Shown here: positions 1 to 10,138 of the stretch, in pieces | Position numbering within the stretch: position 1 is the first letter of the stretch | Layout of the letters: the number at the start of each line of letters is the position of its first letter | DNA from: an uncultured Chloroflexia bacterium | Lineage (GTDB): Bacteria; Chloroflexota; Anaerolineae; B4-G1; SLSP01 | Direction of reading: 5' to 3' | DNA: 43,499 nt | Assembly: GCA_963751345.1 (NCBI GenBank) | Contig: CAVVUS010000017.1 | Span: forward strand, 1 to 43,499 | Notes under the pieces: generated by a model | Database searches by the model: none | Told to the model about the DNA's origin: nothing | What the model saw: only the letters and a program-made list of their open reading frames with translations | Made by a program: the position numbers and the translations under genes

Positions 1-2
1 GC

Positions 3-140
3 GAGATGGTCGTGGAGCGCAACGCGCGCGTGCAGGGGGGCGTGTGCTGTGCATCCCCTGCGCCGGACTGGGCTAGGTCAAGCTACGTCCACCGGCTCTC
101 TCGCCTGTCTGATCGACGGTCGGGGGAGCCGGCGGGATGA
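3..140 (+). CDS. 3' end of an unidentified gene (partial)
   Basis: Open frame from the window edge to TGA 138-140 (EMVVERNARVQGGVCCASP...), abutting the RBS of the next gene. Confidence 0.4.
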   Translation, partial: EMVVERNARVQGGVCCASPAPDWARSSYVHRLSRLSDRRSGEPAG

Positions 141-150
141 GGAGACGCGT

Positions 151-909
151 ATGAATCCGCTGTACCTGGCCCCGCCGAGCTTTTTCGTGATCGCCTTTGT
201 CTTCTCAATGCTGGGCATGGGCGGCTCGCAGCTCTATATCCCGATCCTGTTCTGGATGGGAATGGACTTCAAGACGGAAGCCGTGCCATTGGGCATGTTG
301 CTCAACGTGGTCAACAGCGGCTCGGCGGCCATCACGTATGGCCGCAAGGGCCTGATCTCGTGGCGGATCGCGATCCCCTTCGCCGTCACGATGGTCGCCT
401 TCGCGCCGCTGGGCGTGTGGCTGAACATCCTGCTGCCGGTCAAGCCGCTGCTGGTCATCTTCGCCCTGTTCACGGCCTCGGCCGCGGTGTTGATGCTCTC
501 GGGATGGAAGCCCAAGGGGGGCGCGCTTTCGAACCGGGGACGCGTGATCTTGGGCGTGACCGCCGGCAGCGCCCTCGGCCTCATCGCCGGGCTGATCGGT
601 CGCGGCGGGGGCTCGTTCGTGGTGCCGCTGCTGTACATCGCCGGGCTGGACGCCAGACTGGCCGCGGCCACCTCGGCGCTCGTGGTGACCGGTTCGGGCA
701 TTTCCAGCTTTGTCTCGCACCTGGTCACGGCGGCGCAGCCGGCCTGGGGGCTCTGGCTGGCGACCGTGGTCGCGGTCCTGCTGGGCAGCCAGCTCGGCTC
801 CCGGCTGATGGCCGACCGGTTGAAGCCGCGGGCCATCAAGCTCGTGTTCGGCTGGGTGCTCCTGGGCGTCGCCGCCCTGATCATCGTCAAGGACGTGATC
901 TTGGGCTGA
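151..909 (+). CDS. Sulfite exporter TauE/SafE family membrane protein
   Basis: ATG 151 after GAGGAG; multi-TM protein with GMGGS and GLIGRGGGSFVVP motifs typical of TauE/SafE. Confidence 0.85.
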   Translation: MNPLYLAPPSFFVIAFVFSMLGMGGSQLYIPILFWMGMDFKTEAVPLGMLLNVVNSGSAAITYGRKGLISWRIAIPFAVTMVAFAPLGVWLNILLPVKPLLVIFALFTASAAVLMLSGWKPKGGALSNRGRVILGVTAGSALGLIAGLIGRGGGSFVVPLLYIAGLDARLAAATSALVVTGSGISSFVSHLVTAAQPAWGLWLATVVAVLLGSQLGSRLMADRLKPRAIKLVFGWVLLGVAALIIVKDVILG

Positions 910-935
910 TGCCGGTGCGATGGAGCGGTTCCTAG

Positions 936-968
936 AGACTGGACCAATCTGCCAGATTGGTCCAGTCT
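936..968. repeat. REP-like palindrome, family A (GGACCAATCT...AGATTGGTCC)
   Basis: 15-bp perfect stem with 3-nt loop; related copies at 22094-22120, 39595-39629, 40452-40488. Confidence 0.8.
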
Positions 969-1025
969 TTCGTTGTGGCAAGGAGACTCGGGGTCCGGTC
1001 GCCGGTCATCCGAGCGCGGGAACCC

Positions 1026-1389
1026 GGCACCAACCTAAGGGCAGAGCCCGTCGCCAGCGTTCCAGGAGCAGACGCGAAAGAGCGATCCGTTACTGGACCG
1101 CGGGCGGCTCGCCCGCTCTCGGCGCGCAGGCATGACCCGCTCTAGCTGACACGGGATGCGCACAGGTCACGATCGCACGAGACGTGATGCGACTTGACGT
1201 CAGCATGTGCGCGAACCGCAGTGTGCATTGACAGGCCTGGGGTGCGCCCGGAGCGGGCGAGCCGCCCGCGGTCCACTATTGGCGCCCACCTGGCGTCCTT
1301 AGCTTGATGCCTATGGGCGAGATCCTGAGGCTGCGCTCAGGACGGGCTGCCCGCGGTCCACTATTGGCGCCCACCTGGCGTCCTTAGCT
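1026..1389. repeat. MITE-like composite repeat
   Basis: Imperfect inverted ends GGCACCAACCTAAGG (1026) and CCTTAGCTTGATGCC (1297-1311); exact 41-bp duplication 1264-1304 = 1349-1389; left part recurs at 36754-36848. Confidence 0.65.
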
Positions 1390-1707
1390 CGATGCACATC
1401 GGCGAAGCGCCCGCGGTTCACGCTTGGCGATCCCTCGGAAACCTTGGCTTGCCGCCGATGGACATCTCGCCCGCTCTAGGGGCCCATCAGACCCGGCAGG
1501 ATGCGCTCTCTCCGCGCAGGGGTCGCCGTCCTGAGCGCCGAGCAGGCCGGTGGTTTGTGGTTGTCATCGTGGCGGGTCTCCTCCGGCATGCTATACTCAC
1601 TTCAGCCCGGTCTAGCGGTACGGTCCTTTGAGGCCCTGCACCTATTCGGGCTGCCTTGACAGAACAACGCGACCGTCGCAGCAGGGGACCCTACGTGGGG
1701 TAACGCT

Positions 1708-2737
1708 ATGAACCGAACACGCAGAAGCGCAGAATCTGATCGTACACAACGTCGTTCCGGGCGGCGGGGGGCCGGACGTCCTGGCGCTGCTGACGATCGG
1801 CGTGCTCATCGCGGGAGGCTGCTCCCCGATTTCGGGCGTAATGCCGGAGGAGTCGGCGACTGAGGAGCCGGGAACGGTAGGGGTCGAGCCTACTGCGGCG
1901 CCACTCGCACCCATGACGCAGACACCGCTCCCCACGCGGCCCGCCCCGTCCCCGACCCCGATCGTCGTCGAGGCCGCATCGGAGGGGCCCGCAGACAAGG
2001 TGCTGGGCCGGCTCGAGGTCGAGTACCCCGTTGAGATGGCGCCGCAGTCCAGCGACACCGTCATCCTGGAGCTGAGCATCCCAGAGCTCCTGGTGGCAGC
2101 GGAGCCGGCCGCCGTGGTCCGCGTCGAGGAGGCAGAACCCGTCGCTGAGGGCCTCGGACGGTATGAAGCCGTCGTCTATCTCGTGGACAGGATGCGAGCA
2201 GAGCTGACCTCGCCCGCACTCGTGGTCGAGCCGGTCACCTCGCCTGAACAAGACGTCGACACGATCGACGTGGCCAGCCCGACGACGTGGGCGTGGACCG
2301 TGCAGGCGCCGGAGACGGCAGGCAAGCAGGTGATGACCCTGCGCCTCTTCCGAGCGGGTGAGGAGACGCCCCTGTGGGTCGGCAGCCTTCGCGTTGACGT
2401 CAGCGGCGCCCGAGCAGGCCGCGTCGGAGTCGGGCCGGAGCGCCGGTCGAGATGGCGGCAGAAGAGCGCCGCGGCCCCCGGCGCAGAGGCCCCACCCGAG
2501 ACCGAGGCACCCGGCCTCTTTGCCGGCATCGTCCAGGCCCTCACGCAGGATGTGACGAGCCTCGTACTGGGGATTCTCGGCCTCATCGGCACCATCGTCG
2601 CTGCCGTCCTCGCGGCCTGGGTGCAGCGGGGCGGCGGGCGGACGCGCCGGCGTGGGACGGCGGCTCCGCTCGACGCGGAGCCGCGCCAAGCGCCCAAGGA
2701 CGGGGACCGCGACGACGGGCTTCCGGACGGGGATTGA
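1708..2737 (+). CDS. Hypothetical lipoprotein with Pro/Thr-rich linker and C-terminal TM helix (frameshifted)
   Basis: ATG 1708; frameshift in a G-run near 1770 joins to LALLTIGVLIAGGC lipobox-like signal; C-terminal TM segment SLVLGILGLIGTIVAAVLAAW. Confidence 0.6.
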
Positions 2738-2756
2738 GCGAGGTGGAGGAGGGATC

Positions 2757-3139
2757 GTGAAAGTCACGATGCTACCGGAGCAGCCCGATGCGAGGTCGCC
2801 GGCGGGTGCGGAGATCCGTTAATGATGGATGGCCCAACCGGGAATATGATCCACAGCACGGTGCCTCCGCAACAGGTGAACCGCGCCACCGTTCACGCGA
2901 CCGTGAGCGAGTTCTGGTACGTGCTGGAGGGGCACGGCGAGATCTGGCGGGATGACGGCACAGAGAGCCGCGTCACGGTTCTGGTGCCGGGCACGGCCAT
3001 CGATATCCCCGTGGGCACGGCGTTCCGGTACCGGAACGTGTCGGATGGCGCGCTGACCTTCATCTGCGTGACCATGCCGCGCTGGCCTGGCGACTCGGAG
3101 GCGACCGTCGTCGAGGGGATCTGGCAGCCGACGATCTAG
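2757..3139 (+). CDS. Cupin domain protein (1-nt frameshift near 2820)
   Basis: GGAGG RBS and GTG 2757; cupin motifs HATVSEFWYVLEGHG and PGTAIDIPVGTAFRYRN. Confidence 0.8.
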
Positions 3140-3255
3140 GGAGGCACCATTGGCGGTGCTGTGCGGCGGTGACAGAACCGGGTGGCTTCTAGAAGGCCCC
3201 CAGCCCCCAACCGAGCGCTGAGTGGAAGCGAGGAACCCATCCACCCTTGGCACTG

Positions 3256-3811
3256 CTACCGGGGCGTGCCGAAGTATCGATGCGTGCTGTTCAGATAGGC
3301 CTGGTAGGAGTCGCCGTACTTCCGAAGCAGAAACGCTTCCTCCAGCGTCACCGTCCAGTGGAGATAGGCGAGCGTTACGAGAAAGTAGATCGCGAACGCG
3401 ATGCCCCACACCGTCGTGGACCAGCCCATCAGTGCCATGCCCAGAATCGCCAGCGCCCAGCCGACATAGAGTGGATTCCGTGAGTAGCGGTGAATGCCTC
3501 GTAGCACAAGCCCCTTGGCCTGCGCGAACGAGACCAGCCCGAGGACACCTATGGTGATCCCGCCGATGTAGAAGACTAGACCTACCATAGAACAGCGGTC
3601 CGAAGCTCACCGGAACAAACAGGCTGATCGCCAACCCGCCGAAAAGCCAGACCATCGCCAGTGCGACGATCCACGGGCCGTTGAACAGGAACTCCGGATC
3701 ATCAAACGGTTCGCCGCGCTTGTGGTTGGCCCATTCCTGCATCGGGAGGGCGATGGCATAGGCCAGCACATAGAATATCCACAGATTGGTCCAGTGTATT
3801 CCGGAGATCAT
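3256..3811 (-). CDS. Phospholipid/isoprenylcysteine methyltransferase (PEMT/ICMT) family protein, frameshifted near 3585
   Basis: GIHRYSRNPLYVG and EEAFLLRKYGDSYQAY motifs; TM helices. Confidence 0.75.
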
Positions 3812-3819
3812 GCTCACCC

Positions 3820-4378
3820 TCACTTTCTGTTCGATGCGCCAAGGTAGCGCGCCGTACTTCTTAGATATTCACGGTAGGAATCGCCAAACTTCGCCGACAG
3901 GAACGCTTCCTCCGTCAGGATCGTCCAGTGGAAGTACGGGAGTGGTCAGGAGGAAGTATATGGTGAATAGAATGCTCCCCAGCGAGGCAGACCAACCCAT
4001 CAGCGTAAGGCCGAAGATGACAACGACCATGCCGACGTAGTTGGGGTTCCTTGAGTAACGGTACACACTGCCACGTACCAGCCCGGGTTCTCCCAGCGCT
4101 ATCAATGCCGCGGCGACGATGGCCAGACCAACAATGTAGAACGTCAGGCCGATCCAGAACACGATACCGGAACGCAACGGGACGAACAGGCTGATGGCGA
4201 ATCCGCCAAACAGCCAGAGCAGCGTTAGTGCAAGGAGTAGTTTGTGCTGCATCAGCATGTCCGGATCTTCGATCGGTTCACCACGTCTCTTGTTGGCACG
4301 CTGTCGAAGCGGGAAAGCGATGACATACACCAAGACATAGAACACCCACAGGTTGGTGAGACGGATACTTGACACCAT
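3820..4378 (-). CDS. PEMT/ICMT family protein, tandem paralog, frameshifted near 3940
   Basis: VYRYSRNPNYVG motif; N-terminus (TNLWVFYVL...ANKRRGEP) clearly paralogous to the downstream gene. Confidence 0.75.
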
Positions 4379-4416
4379 GATGCTACCTCTCCTCTCTGAC
4401 CGCTGGAGCGGTCTAC

Positions 4417-5022
4417 CTATGCGCCGGACCGGCTTGGATACAAGTCGAATCGCTCCCGTAGCTGCGCGAGCGTCTGCTCCTGATCGAACAGCGTTGCCCC
4501 CACAAGGCTCTGCAGCATCGCCCCGTCCAGGACTGCCAGATACAGCGATGCTGCCGCCGCCGGCTGCGGGTCGCCGAGCGCCTCGAAGAGGGGAGCCAGG
4601 GCGGTCATGAATTCGTCGTAGTAGGTTTTGAAGTCGTGCTCAAGGTGCTTAGCCACTTCCGGTGTGCTGATGGCCTGCATCATCAGGTACAGGAACTCCG
4701 TCTCGGACGTCATGGCTGTCAGTGATTGGCGGGCGATGGCGACCAGCTTGTCACCAGGCGACATATCCGGATCGGCAGCGACGTCAGCAAGGGGCGCGGT
4801 GATGGCCTCAAAGATACGCAGAAACACTGCCTCAAACAGCGCCTCTTTGGACTCGAAGTAGAGGTAGATCGTGCCCTTGGCGATGCCCACCGCATCTGCA
4901 ATGTCGCCGATACGCGTATCGCCATAGCCTTTCTGCGCGAATACAGCCAGGGCGGCGTCGAGGATCTGCTGTTCTCGCTCAGCACGGATGCCTCTGTTCT
5001 GCCGACTAGTACGAGGTGACAT
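4417..5022 (-). CDS. TetR/AcrR family transcriptional regulator
   Basis: ILDAALAVFAQKGY...IGDIADAVGIAKGTIYLYFESKEALF helix-turn-helix. Confidence 0.95.
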   Translation of the reverse strand: MSPRTSRQNRGIRAEREQQILDAALAVFAQKGYGDTRIGDIADAVGIAKGTIYLYFESKEALFEAVFLRIFEAITAPLADVAADPDMSPGDKLVAIARQSLTAMTSETEFLYLMMQAISTPEVAKHLEHDFKTYYDEFMTALAPLFEALGDPQPAAAASLYLAVLDGAMLQSLVGATLFDQEQTLAQLRERFDLYPSRSGA

Positions 5023-5038
5023 AAGCCCTCTCCAAGCT

Positions 5039-5095
5039 TTATGACTGAACGTTCGGTCATAAGTCCATTGTAGTGCTTTTGGATGATGATGTCAA
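5039..5095 (-). promoter_or_regulatory. Sigma70-type promoter of the tetR operon with a putative TetR operator
   Basis: Minus strand TTGACA (5090-5095), 17 bp, TACAAT (5067-5072); near-perfect 24-bp palindrome TTATGACTGAAC/GTTCGGTCATAA at 5039-5062 over the expected start site. Confidence 0.75.
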
Positions 5096-5172
5096 GGTAG
5101 TCGGCGGAGTTGGTTTTCGCCCGAACCCTGTTAGCATGCCCGGACGTAATATCTAGCGACGAAAGGATCCTG

Positions 5173-5655
5173 ATGAAGATCTCGGACGGCAAGGCTGTGC
5201 AGATTGACTATACGCTGAAAAACGATGCGGGGCAGGTACTGGATAGCTCTGAGGGGCGGCAGCCCCTGGCCTATCTGCACGGGGCGGGCGGCATCATTCC
5301 GGGGCTGGAAGCGGCGCTGGAGGGCAAGGGAGCGGGTGATACGCTCTCGGTGTCGATCCCACCCGCGCAGGGGTACGGCGAGCGCGACGACGCGATGGTC
5401 ATGACGGTGGATCGCTCGATGTTCGAGGATCCCAGCCAGGCGCAGGTGGGGGCGCGATTCCACGTGCAGACAGACAAGGGCGTCCACCTGGCGACGGTGA
5501 CCGCCGTGACCGCGGACCAAGTGACGCTGGATCTCAACCACCCGCTGGCGGGCGAGACGCTCCACTTCGACGTGGCGGTGGTGGACGTGAAGGAGGCCTC
5601 CGAGGAGGAACGGGCGCACGGGCACGTGCACAGCGGACATGGGCACGCGCACTAG
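5173..5655 (+). CDS. slyD: FKBP-type peptidyl-prolyl isomerase SlyD
   Basis: YLHGAGGIIPGLEAAL, DLNHPLAGETLHFDV, His-rich tail HGHVHSGHGHAH. Confidence 0.93.
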   Translation: MKISDGKAVQIDYTLKNDAGQVLDSSEGRQPLAYLHGAGGIIPGLEAALEGKGAGDTLSVSIPPAQGYGERDDAMVMTVDRSMFEDPSQAQVGARFHVQTDKGVHLATVTAVTADQVTLDLNHPLAGETLHFDVAVVDVKEASEEERAHGHVHSGHGHAH

Positions 5656-5702
5656 CGGAGAATGAGGGGAGATCCTCGGGCAAGGCCATCTGCTGCCGGA
5701 GA

Positions 5703-5763
5703 AGACCTTTGGGGTTTGTTTCGTCGAGTAGGCGCCTGCCCGACAGGAAAACCCCAAAGGTCT
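5703..5763. repeat. REP-like palindrome, family B (AGACCTTTGGGGTTT...AAACCCCAAAGGTCT)
   Basis: Inverted arms; further copies at 18018-18050 and 24503-24561. Confidence 0.85.
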
Positions 5764-5906
5764 GACCGCCGGCGAGCCAACTCATTTCCGAGAGTCTCCG
5801 CCGTCTCTGCACTTGGGGGCAGGTAAGCCGGCTCCAGGGCCAGGGCATCTGACCTTGCAGGAAGCTGTGATCTTCTGACTGCGTTTGGAGGCGTGACAAA
5901 GGTGAG

Positions 5907-6563
5907 ATGACATTGCCGAAGAAGCCCTCTCCAGAGGATACTGCCAACCAGGTCGCGAAGACCTTCTTCGGGGTCGGGGACGACCCGGCCTCGACCCGGG
6001 CCGCCGTCCGGAGGCTGCTCCTTGCCGCCCTCGAAGTGGCCGTCCTGATCCCTGCGCTGTTCTACCTGCGGTTTGGCGCGGTCGGCGGGTTGGGTTGGGG
6101 CATGACCGTCTTCTTTGTGGTCTACTGCCTGCTGGCGGCGGTGGGTCTGCACTTCCGGTCGAAGACGGAGTACCACACCCCTGTCGCGCTCCGCGGCGAT
6201 TGGCTCGACCGGATCGGGGCGTTCTGGTTGGTCGCCTGTGCGTTTGGGCCGTTGTTCGGATGGATGATCACGTCCGCTCTCCCGCTGACGGAGACAAGCT
6301 GGCGTTGGCTGTACGCACTTCGGGTCGTGTTGGCTGCAGGGCTGCCGCTGATCACGGCCCTGCCGGCGACGCGCTACCTCAGGGGCAAGGCGACGCTCGT
6401 GGGTCTGCCGATCCTGGTGATCATCACCCTGCTCCCGATCTGGAGTGTGACGAATGTCGCCCGCGATCTGTGGCAGGGCCCGGTTGTGTCCCGTGCTCAA
6501 GATACGGGACAGACTGAGCTGTATTTGCAGCACACGGATCGGTATCTGGGCAATCAGAGGTAG
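5907..6563 (+). CDS. Hypothetical integral membrane protein
   Basis: 218-aa ORF with several hydrophobic helices and a plausible RBS. Confidence 0.65.
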   Translation: MTLPKKPSPEDTANQVAKTFFGVGDDPASTRAAVRRLLLAALEVAVLIPALFYLRFGAVGGLGWGMTVFFVVYCLLAAVGLHFRSKTEYHTPVALRGDWLDRIGAFWLVACAFGPLFGWMITSALPLTETSWRWLYALRVVLAAGLPLITALPATRYLRGKATLVGLPILVIITLLPIWSVTNVARDLWQGPVVSRAQDTGQTELYLQHTDRYLGNQR

Positions 6564-6572
6564 AGGCGGTCC

Positions 6573-6740
6573 TAGTGGTCAGTCAAGTTGATAGCGTAAA
6601 ATGTTTCATCCTGAGCGGGCGCTCACCGCGTGGGCGTGCGAAGGATCTCAGTCCCGCAAGGCACAGATCCTTCACGTCCCCACGCTGAGTGGGGCACGTT
6701 CAGGATGACAGTTTCCACAAATCAGCTTAACTGAGCACTA
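6573..6740. mobile_element. MITE-like element, family C, copy 1
   Basis: 20-bp terminal inverted repeats (TAGTGGTCAGTCAAGTTGAT / ATCAGCTTAACTGAGCACTA, 17/20 match) around a TCATCCTGAG...TCAGGATGAC core; copy at 24311-24472, partial copy at 38046-38112. Confidence 0.7.
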
Positions 6741-6813
6741 CCAACCCGTTCGGTGGGGTGCCCCTGCTGCTGGTGTGTACGCGGCACCGCGGTCCTCAGG
6801 GCGTAGGCACCAC

Positions 6814-6963
6814 GTAGAGACGTGGCGGTGCCACGGCTTCTGAGCGCAGCACCTACGGGGCGAAGACAGAAGATGTCCCGGCGGGATGCCTGTATGCGAC
6901 GTGACGCTGTCCGGCGTCCGCCGCTTGTGTCGCCGGAGACGTGGCACCGCCACGTCTCTACAG
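6814..6963. repeat. Inverted pair of GTAG-type REP elements
   Basis: GTAGAGACGTGGCGGTGCCACG (6814) and GAGACGTGGCACCGCCACGTCTCTAC (6936); 27 bp recur identically at 27108-27134. Confidence 0.75.
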
Positions 6964-7031
6964 CGGGGAAGGTCGACTTAGGATCGGGTCACAGCGCCGC
7001 CGTCCGGCGCGACATCAGGGAGGTGAGTGAG

Positions 7032-7722
7032 TTGAGCGACAAACGGCTCGCGGGCTATCGGGTTGCGCTCTGGGTGAGCGGCGTCATTATCGTGGCGATG
7101 TTGGCCGTGTCCACGTATGCGTGGTTCCGGATCCCCGATGGGGCGCAGGTCTGCACCCATTGGAATGCCGCCGGTGTCTGTGACGGGCACGGCGGCAAGT
7201 TCGTGGGGCTGTTTCTGATGCCGATCATCGTGGCCGGGGTGGTGGGGCTCTTTGCTGCCATCCCGCATATCGAGCCGCGCCGCAGTTCACCTGCGCCAAT
7301 CGGCCAGGGCCTATGTCGCGGTGTGGATGGTGATGCTGCTCTATTTCCTGGCGTTACACATCATCCTGACGCTCAGCGTGCTCGGCGTCGCGGTCGACAT
7401 CGGCTCGCTCGTGCCGCTCCTCGTAGGGCTGATGTTCGTCGTGATCGGCGCCTTCCTCGGCAGGGTGAAGAGCAACTACATGATGGGCATTCGCACGCCC
7501 TGGACGCTGTCGAGCGAGTTGTCGTGGAAGAAGACGCACCGGCTGGGCGGGTGGCTGTTCATGGTGGAGGGGGTGCTGGTCGCGGTGGGCGCGATTGCGT
7601 CCCGGGGCCCGCTGTGGGTGTATTTGTTGATGGGCAGTATTGTGGTGCTGCTGGTCACCGTGACCGTCTATTCGTACATCGTGTGGAAGGGCGATCCGGA
7701 GCGGACGTCGGGCGACACATAA
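7032..7722 (+). CDS. SdpI/DUF1648 family membrane (immunity-like) protein, frameshifted near 7280
   Basis: THWNAAGVCDGHGGK (DUF1648-like) and SNYMMGIRTPWTLSSELSWKKTHRLGG (SdpI signature). Confidence 0.85.
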
Positions 7723-7825
7723 GCGCCGTGGGGAAGGGCAGTACGGACCTCGATGCTTCCCGAAAGGTTCTCCCACGTCCAAATGCGATAGCCCGAATGC
7801 TTACGCTGCCCTACCGGGGTAAGCC

Positions 7826-8461
7826 TCACGTCTTGAGGTTCAGAACTTCTTCGTCGGCCAGCAGCTTCTGCAGGAGCGCCTCATGTGCTGCTGCGGGTCC
7901 GTTCAGCAGCCACCGGCACCTGATGGTCTGCTCCAACTTGGTGATCCTCTCCGAGTAGATACGAAGATGGTGGGCGGTGATGTAGGCCCGCAACTCCTCG
8001 ACCAGAGCGGGACGCAGCACGGTGGTCACCTCATAGATAGCTCGGTAGTGCCCCCGGGTGATCAGCCGCTCAATCTGGGGGAGGGCCGCGAGGACGACCA
8101 GCGCGACGACGGTGGCGCAGAGCGCCAGGACAACCCGGTCGCTGCCGACGGCCATGCCGATGGCCGCCACGATCCAGATGGTGGCGGCGGTGGTGAGGCC
8201 CCGCACCTGTCCACGCTGGTGAAGGATCGCGCCGGCACCCAGGAAACCGACGCCGCTGACGATCTGCGCCGCGATCCGACCGGGGTCGCCGGTGGTGCTC
8301 AGGCGCCGGGAGAGCACGGTGAAGAGGGTGGCCCCCACGCAGATGAAGGTGATGGTGCGCAGGCCGGCAGCTTTGTCGTGGAGCTCACGCTCGGCGCCGA
8401 TGATGCCCCCGAGGAAGAGCGCCAGCACCAGCTTGAGCACATCATCCCAATTGACGGCCAT
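7826..8461 (-). CDS. MgtC/SapB family protein
   Basis: IGAERE...AAGLRT, DPGRIAAQIVSGVGFLGAG, GLTTAATIW motifs. Confidence 0.92.
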   Translation of the reverse strand: MAVNWDDVLKLVLALFLGGIIGAERELHDKAAGLRTITFICVGATLFTVLSRRLSTTGDPGRIAAQIVSGVGFLGAGAILHQRGQVRGLTTAATIWIVAAIGMAVGSDRVVLALCATVVALVVLAALPQIERLITRGHYRAIYEVTTVLRPALVEELRAYITAHHLRIYSERITKLEQTIRCRWLLNGPAAAHEALLQKLLADEEVLNLKT

Positions 8462-9234
8462 AGTACCGATCCTTTCTGCTGTGCCCCCATTATCACGGAG
8501 AGCGGCCCCGGCACAAGGGCGAGCGACGATCCGCGTGTGGCCAGGTGCCCATCCGGCGTGATGGCCTCAGCCGGATCGAAGCGGGCGCCCAGATCGCCGG
8601 CCGAGCCGGCCAGGGCATAGCTTGCCGTCGTTAGCATACCGGTCACGGTCGCCAGGGCGTCGGTGTTCCGCTCCACGAAGCAGAGCTCTCCTTCGTGTTA
8701 GTAAGATATTGGGTATATTAATAGTCTAGCTATCCGAAGGAGTGTGTGTGTTAGTGCAACCACAGGTGCCATCGCGCTGACGCTCATCATCTTGCTCATC
8801 GTCTTCAGAAAACGGATTGGCGAGCTTCGAGCCGCCGCCGCGCTGATCGTCTCTTTTCGGCCCATTTTCGGCAAGTGCCAGGTAGAGACTGTCCAGTCAT
8901 CACTGAAGTTGTTTCTGAGATCCGTCATCCTTTGCCTCCGCGAGGAGCGTGGCGACAGCAGGATCTGTGCCACGACAGTCACAGATCCCGGGCCTATGGC
9001 TCAGGATGACCCCTACACCCTGTAGGCAGACTGTCGACTACGGGCGAGCGGCCGTTGAGATCGCGCTTCGCTCAGACGAAAGGACCGGCTGCGGCAACGA
9101 CGGAAGGTCTCGTCGAAGTAACCCCCGATGCGCTACTGATGCGGCGCGTCCGTCCCTTTTCTGCAGCCTGCGCTGCCGTTGTAGAGATGGGGTGCCGCAC
9201 GCCCTAGAGCTGCCACGATTCTGACCTCAGCCTG

Positions 9235-9269
9235 AGACACACGGCTGCCACCCCGGCAGCCGTGTGTCT
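9235..9269. terminator. Strong perfect hairpin upstream of the phage-like operon
   Basis: 15-bp stem AGACACACGGCTGCC/GGCAGCCGTGTGTCT with 5-nt loop; no clear U-tract. Confidence 0.35.
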
Positions 9270-9426
9270 GTTCCCGGCGAGCGGACCTTCGGGGCGAGCC
9301 CACGTCTGCCCGGGCCGGAACCTCCCAAGAGTCTTGCTCCTGCCGAAGTTATCCCCTTTTTCGCCCCGTAATCCCCAACATCTAGGGGTTTTCTCCACAG
9401 TTGACCACGAAATGTGGGGTGGAGGC

Positions 9427-9455
9427 TTGATTGGATAGAACATATGTTCTAATAT
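9427..9455 (+). promoter_or_regulatory. Sigma70-type promoter with overlapping LexA (SOS) box
   Basis: TTGATT (9427-9432), 17 bp, TAATAT (9450-9455); perfect 16-bp palindrome TAGAACATATGTTCTA (9436-9451) matching the GAAC-N4-GTTC Gram-positive/Chloroflexota-type SOS box. Confidence 0.8.
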
Positions 9456-9566
9456 GGAAGTATATGGACGACAAAGACGGCAGAGGAGGGGCCTTGTGGA
9501 AGTGGGACGGTATTTCGCGATTGATCTATACGCTGGGCTTCCGCGTGGCCCGCAGGGTGGTGATTG

Positions 9567-10123
9567 ATGGACCTCGATCGCCCCGGCGGGCCACGTCATT
9601 GTACGGCGACGAAGCGGGATGGGACGCCCTGCAAGGCTTGGGCGGTGCGGGGCAGCGATCCGCCCCGCTGTCCGGCCCACGCAGGAGCGCCTCTCGGGGC
9701 AAGGCCCCGCGACGACTGCGGGGCAAGCGTGCGGCGTCCCGGTCTGTGCCCCCTGCGGGCGACGAGGAGATGGTTCCGCTTCAGATGACGTATGTCGCCC
9801 CGAAGACGCCGAAGAAGCTCCTCGTCGGTGACGCCCCGGATCTCCCCACGGAAATGCCGTCGATCGATGAGGTCCTGATCGACCTGGCGGGCAGGCAGGC
9901 GCGGCTGTCCTTGCTCATCGAGAAGTGCATCAAGGATGAGACTCAGAATGTGACGGTGGCCGAGGTGTTGCGTCTCTTTGCGCTGCACGGCCAGAACGCG
10001 AGCCGGCTGGGGCGGCTACTGCGCGATCGCCTGGCGATACAGTCCGAGTCGGGTGATGAGTTCCCCGACGAACTCGCGCAGGTCTACGACGAGCTGTCGA
10101 GGCGGCTCGGGGTCGAGCTATAG
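9567..10123 (+). CDS. Putative terminase small subunit (HGGxSTG-like Cys/His N-terminus), frameshifted near 9700
   Basis: CTATKRDGTPCKAWAVRGSDPPRCPAHAG zinc-finger-like motif in one frame, helical C-terminus in another; lies directly upstream of TerL. Confidence 0.55.
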
Positions 10124-10138
10124 CTCAGGAGGCCGGGA

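Noticed and set aside
1036-1100. c-di-GMP riboswitch-like words (GGGCAGA...GACGCGAAAG)
   Set aside because: Poor match to the GEMM structure, and it lies within a dispersed repeat downstream of genes
5047-5054. GAACGTTC as a second LexA box
   Set aside because: No 4-bp spacer; better explained as the centre of the TetR operator
8299-9224. Short ORFs between the MgtC gene and the phage-like operon as a repressor or integrase remnant
   Set aside because: No HTH or recombinase motifs; the region includes repeat-family fragments
9349-9420. DnaA-box-like words (TTATCCCCT, TTCTCCACA) suggesting an origin
   Set aside because: Only degenerate matches, no cluster of consensus boxes and no replication gene nearby
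9431-9700. N-terminal part of the 230-aa ORF as the true protein
   Set aside because: Its TTG start lies inside the promoter, and the Cys/His motif in another frame is more protein-like; a frameshift is the likelier explanation
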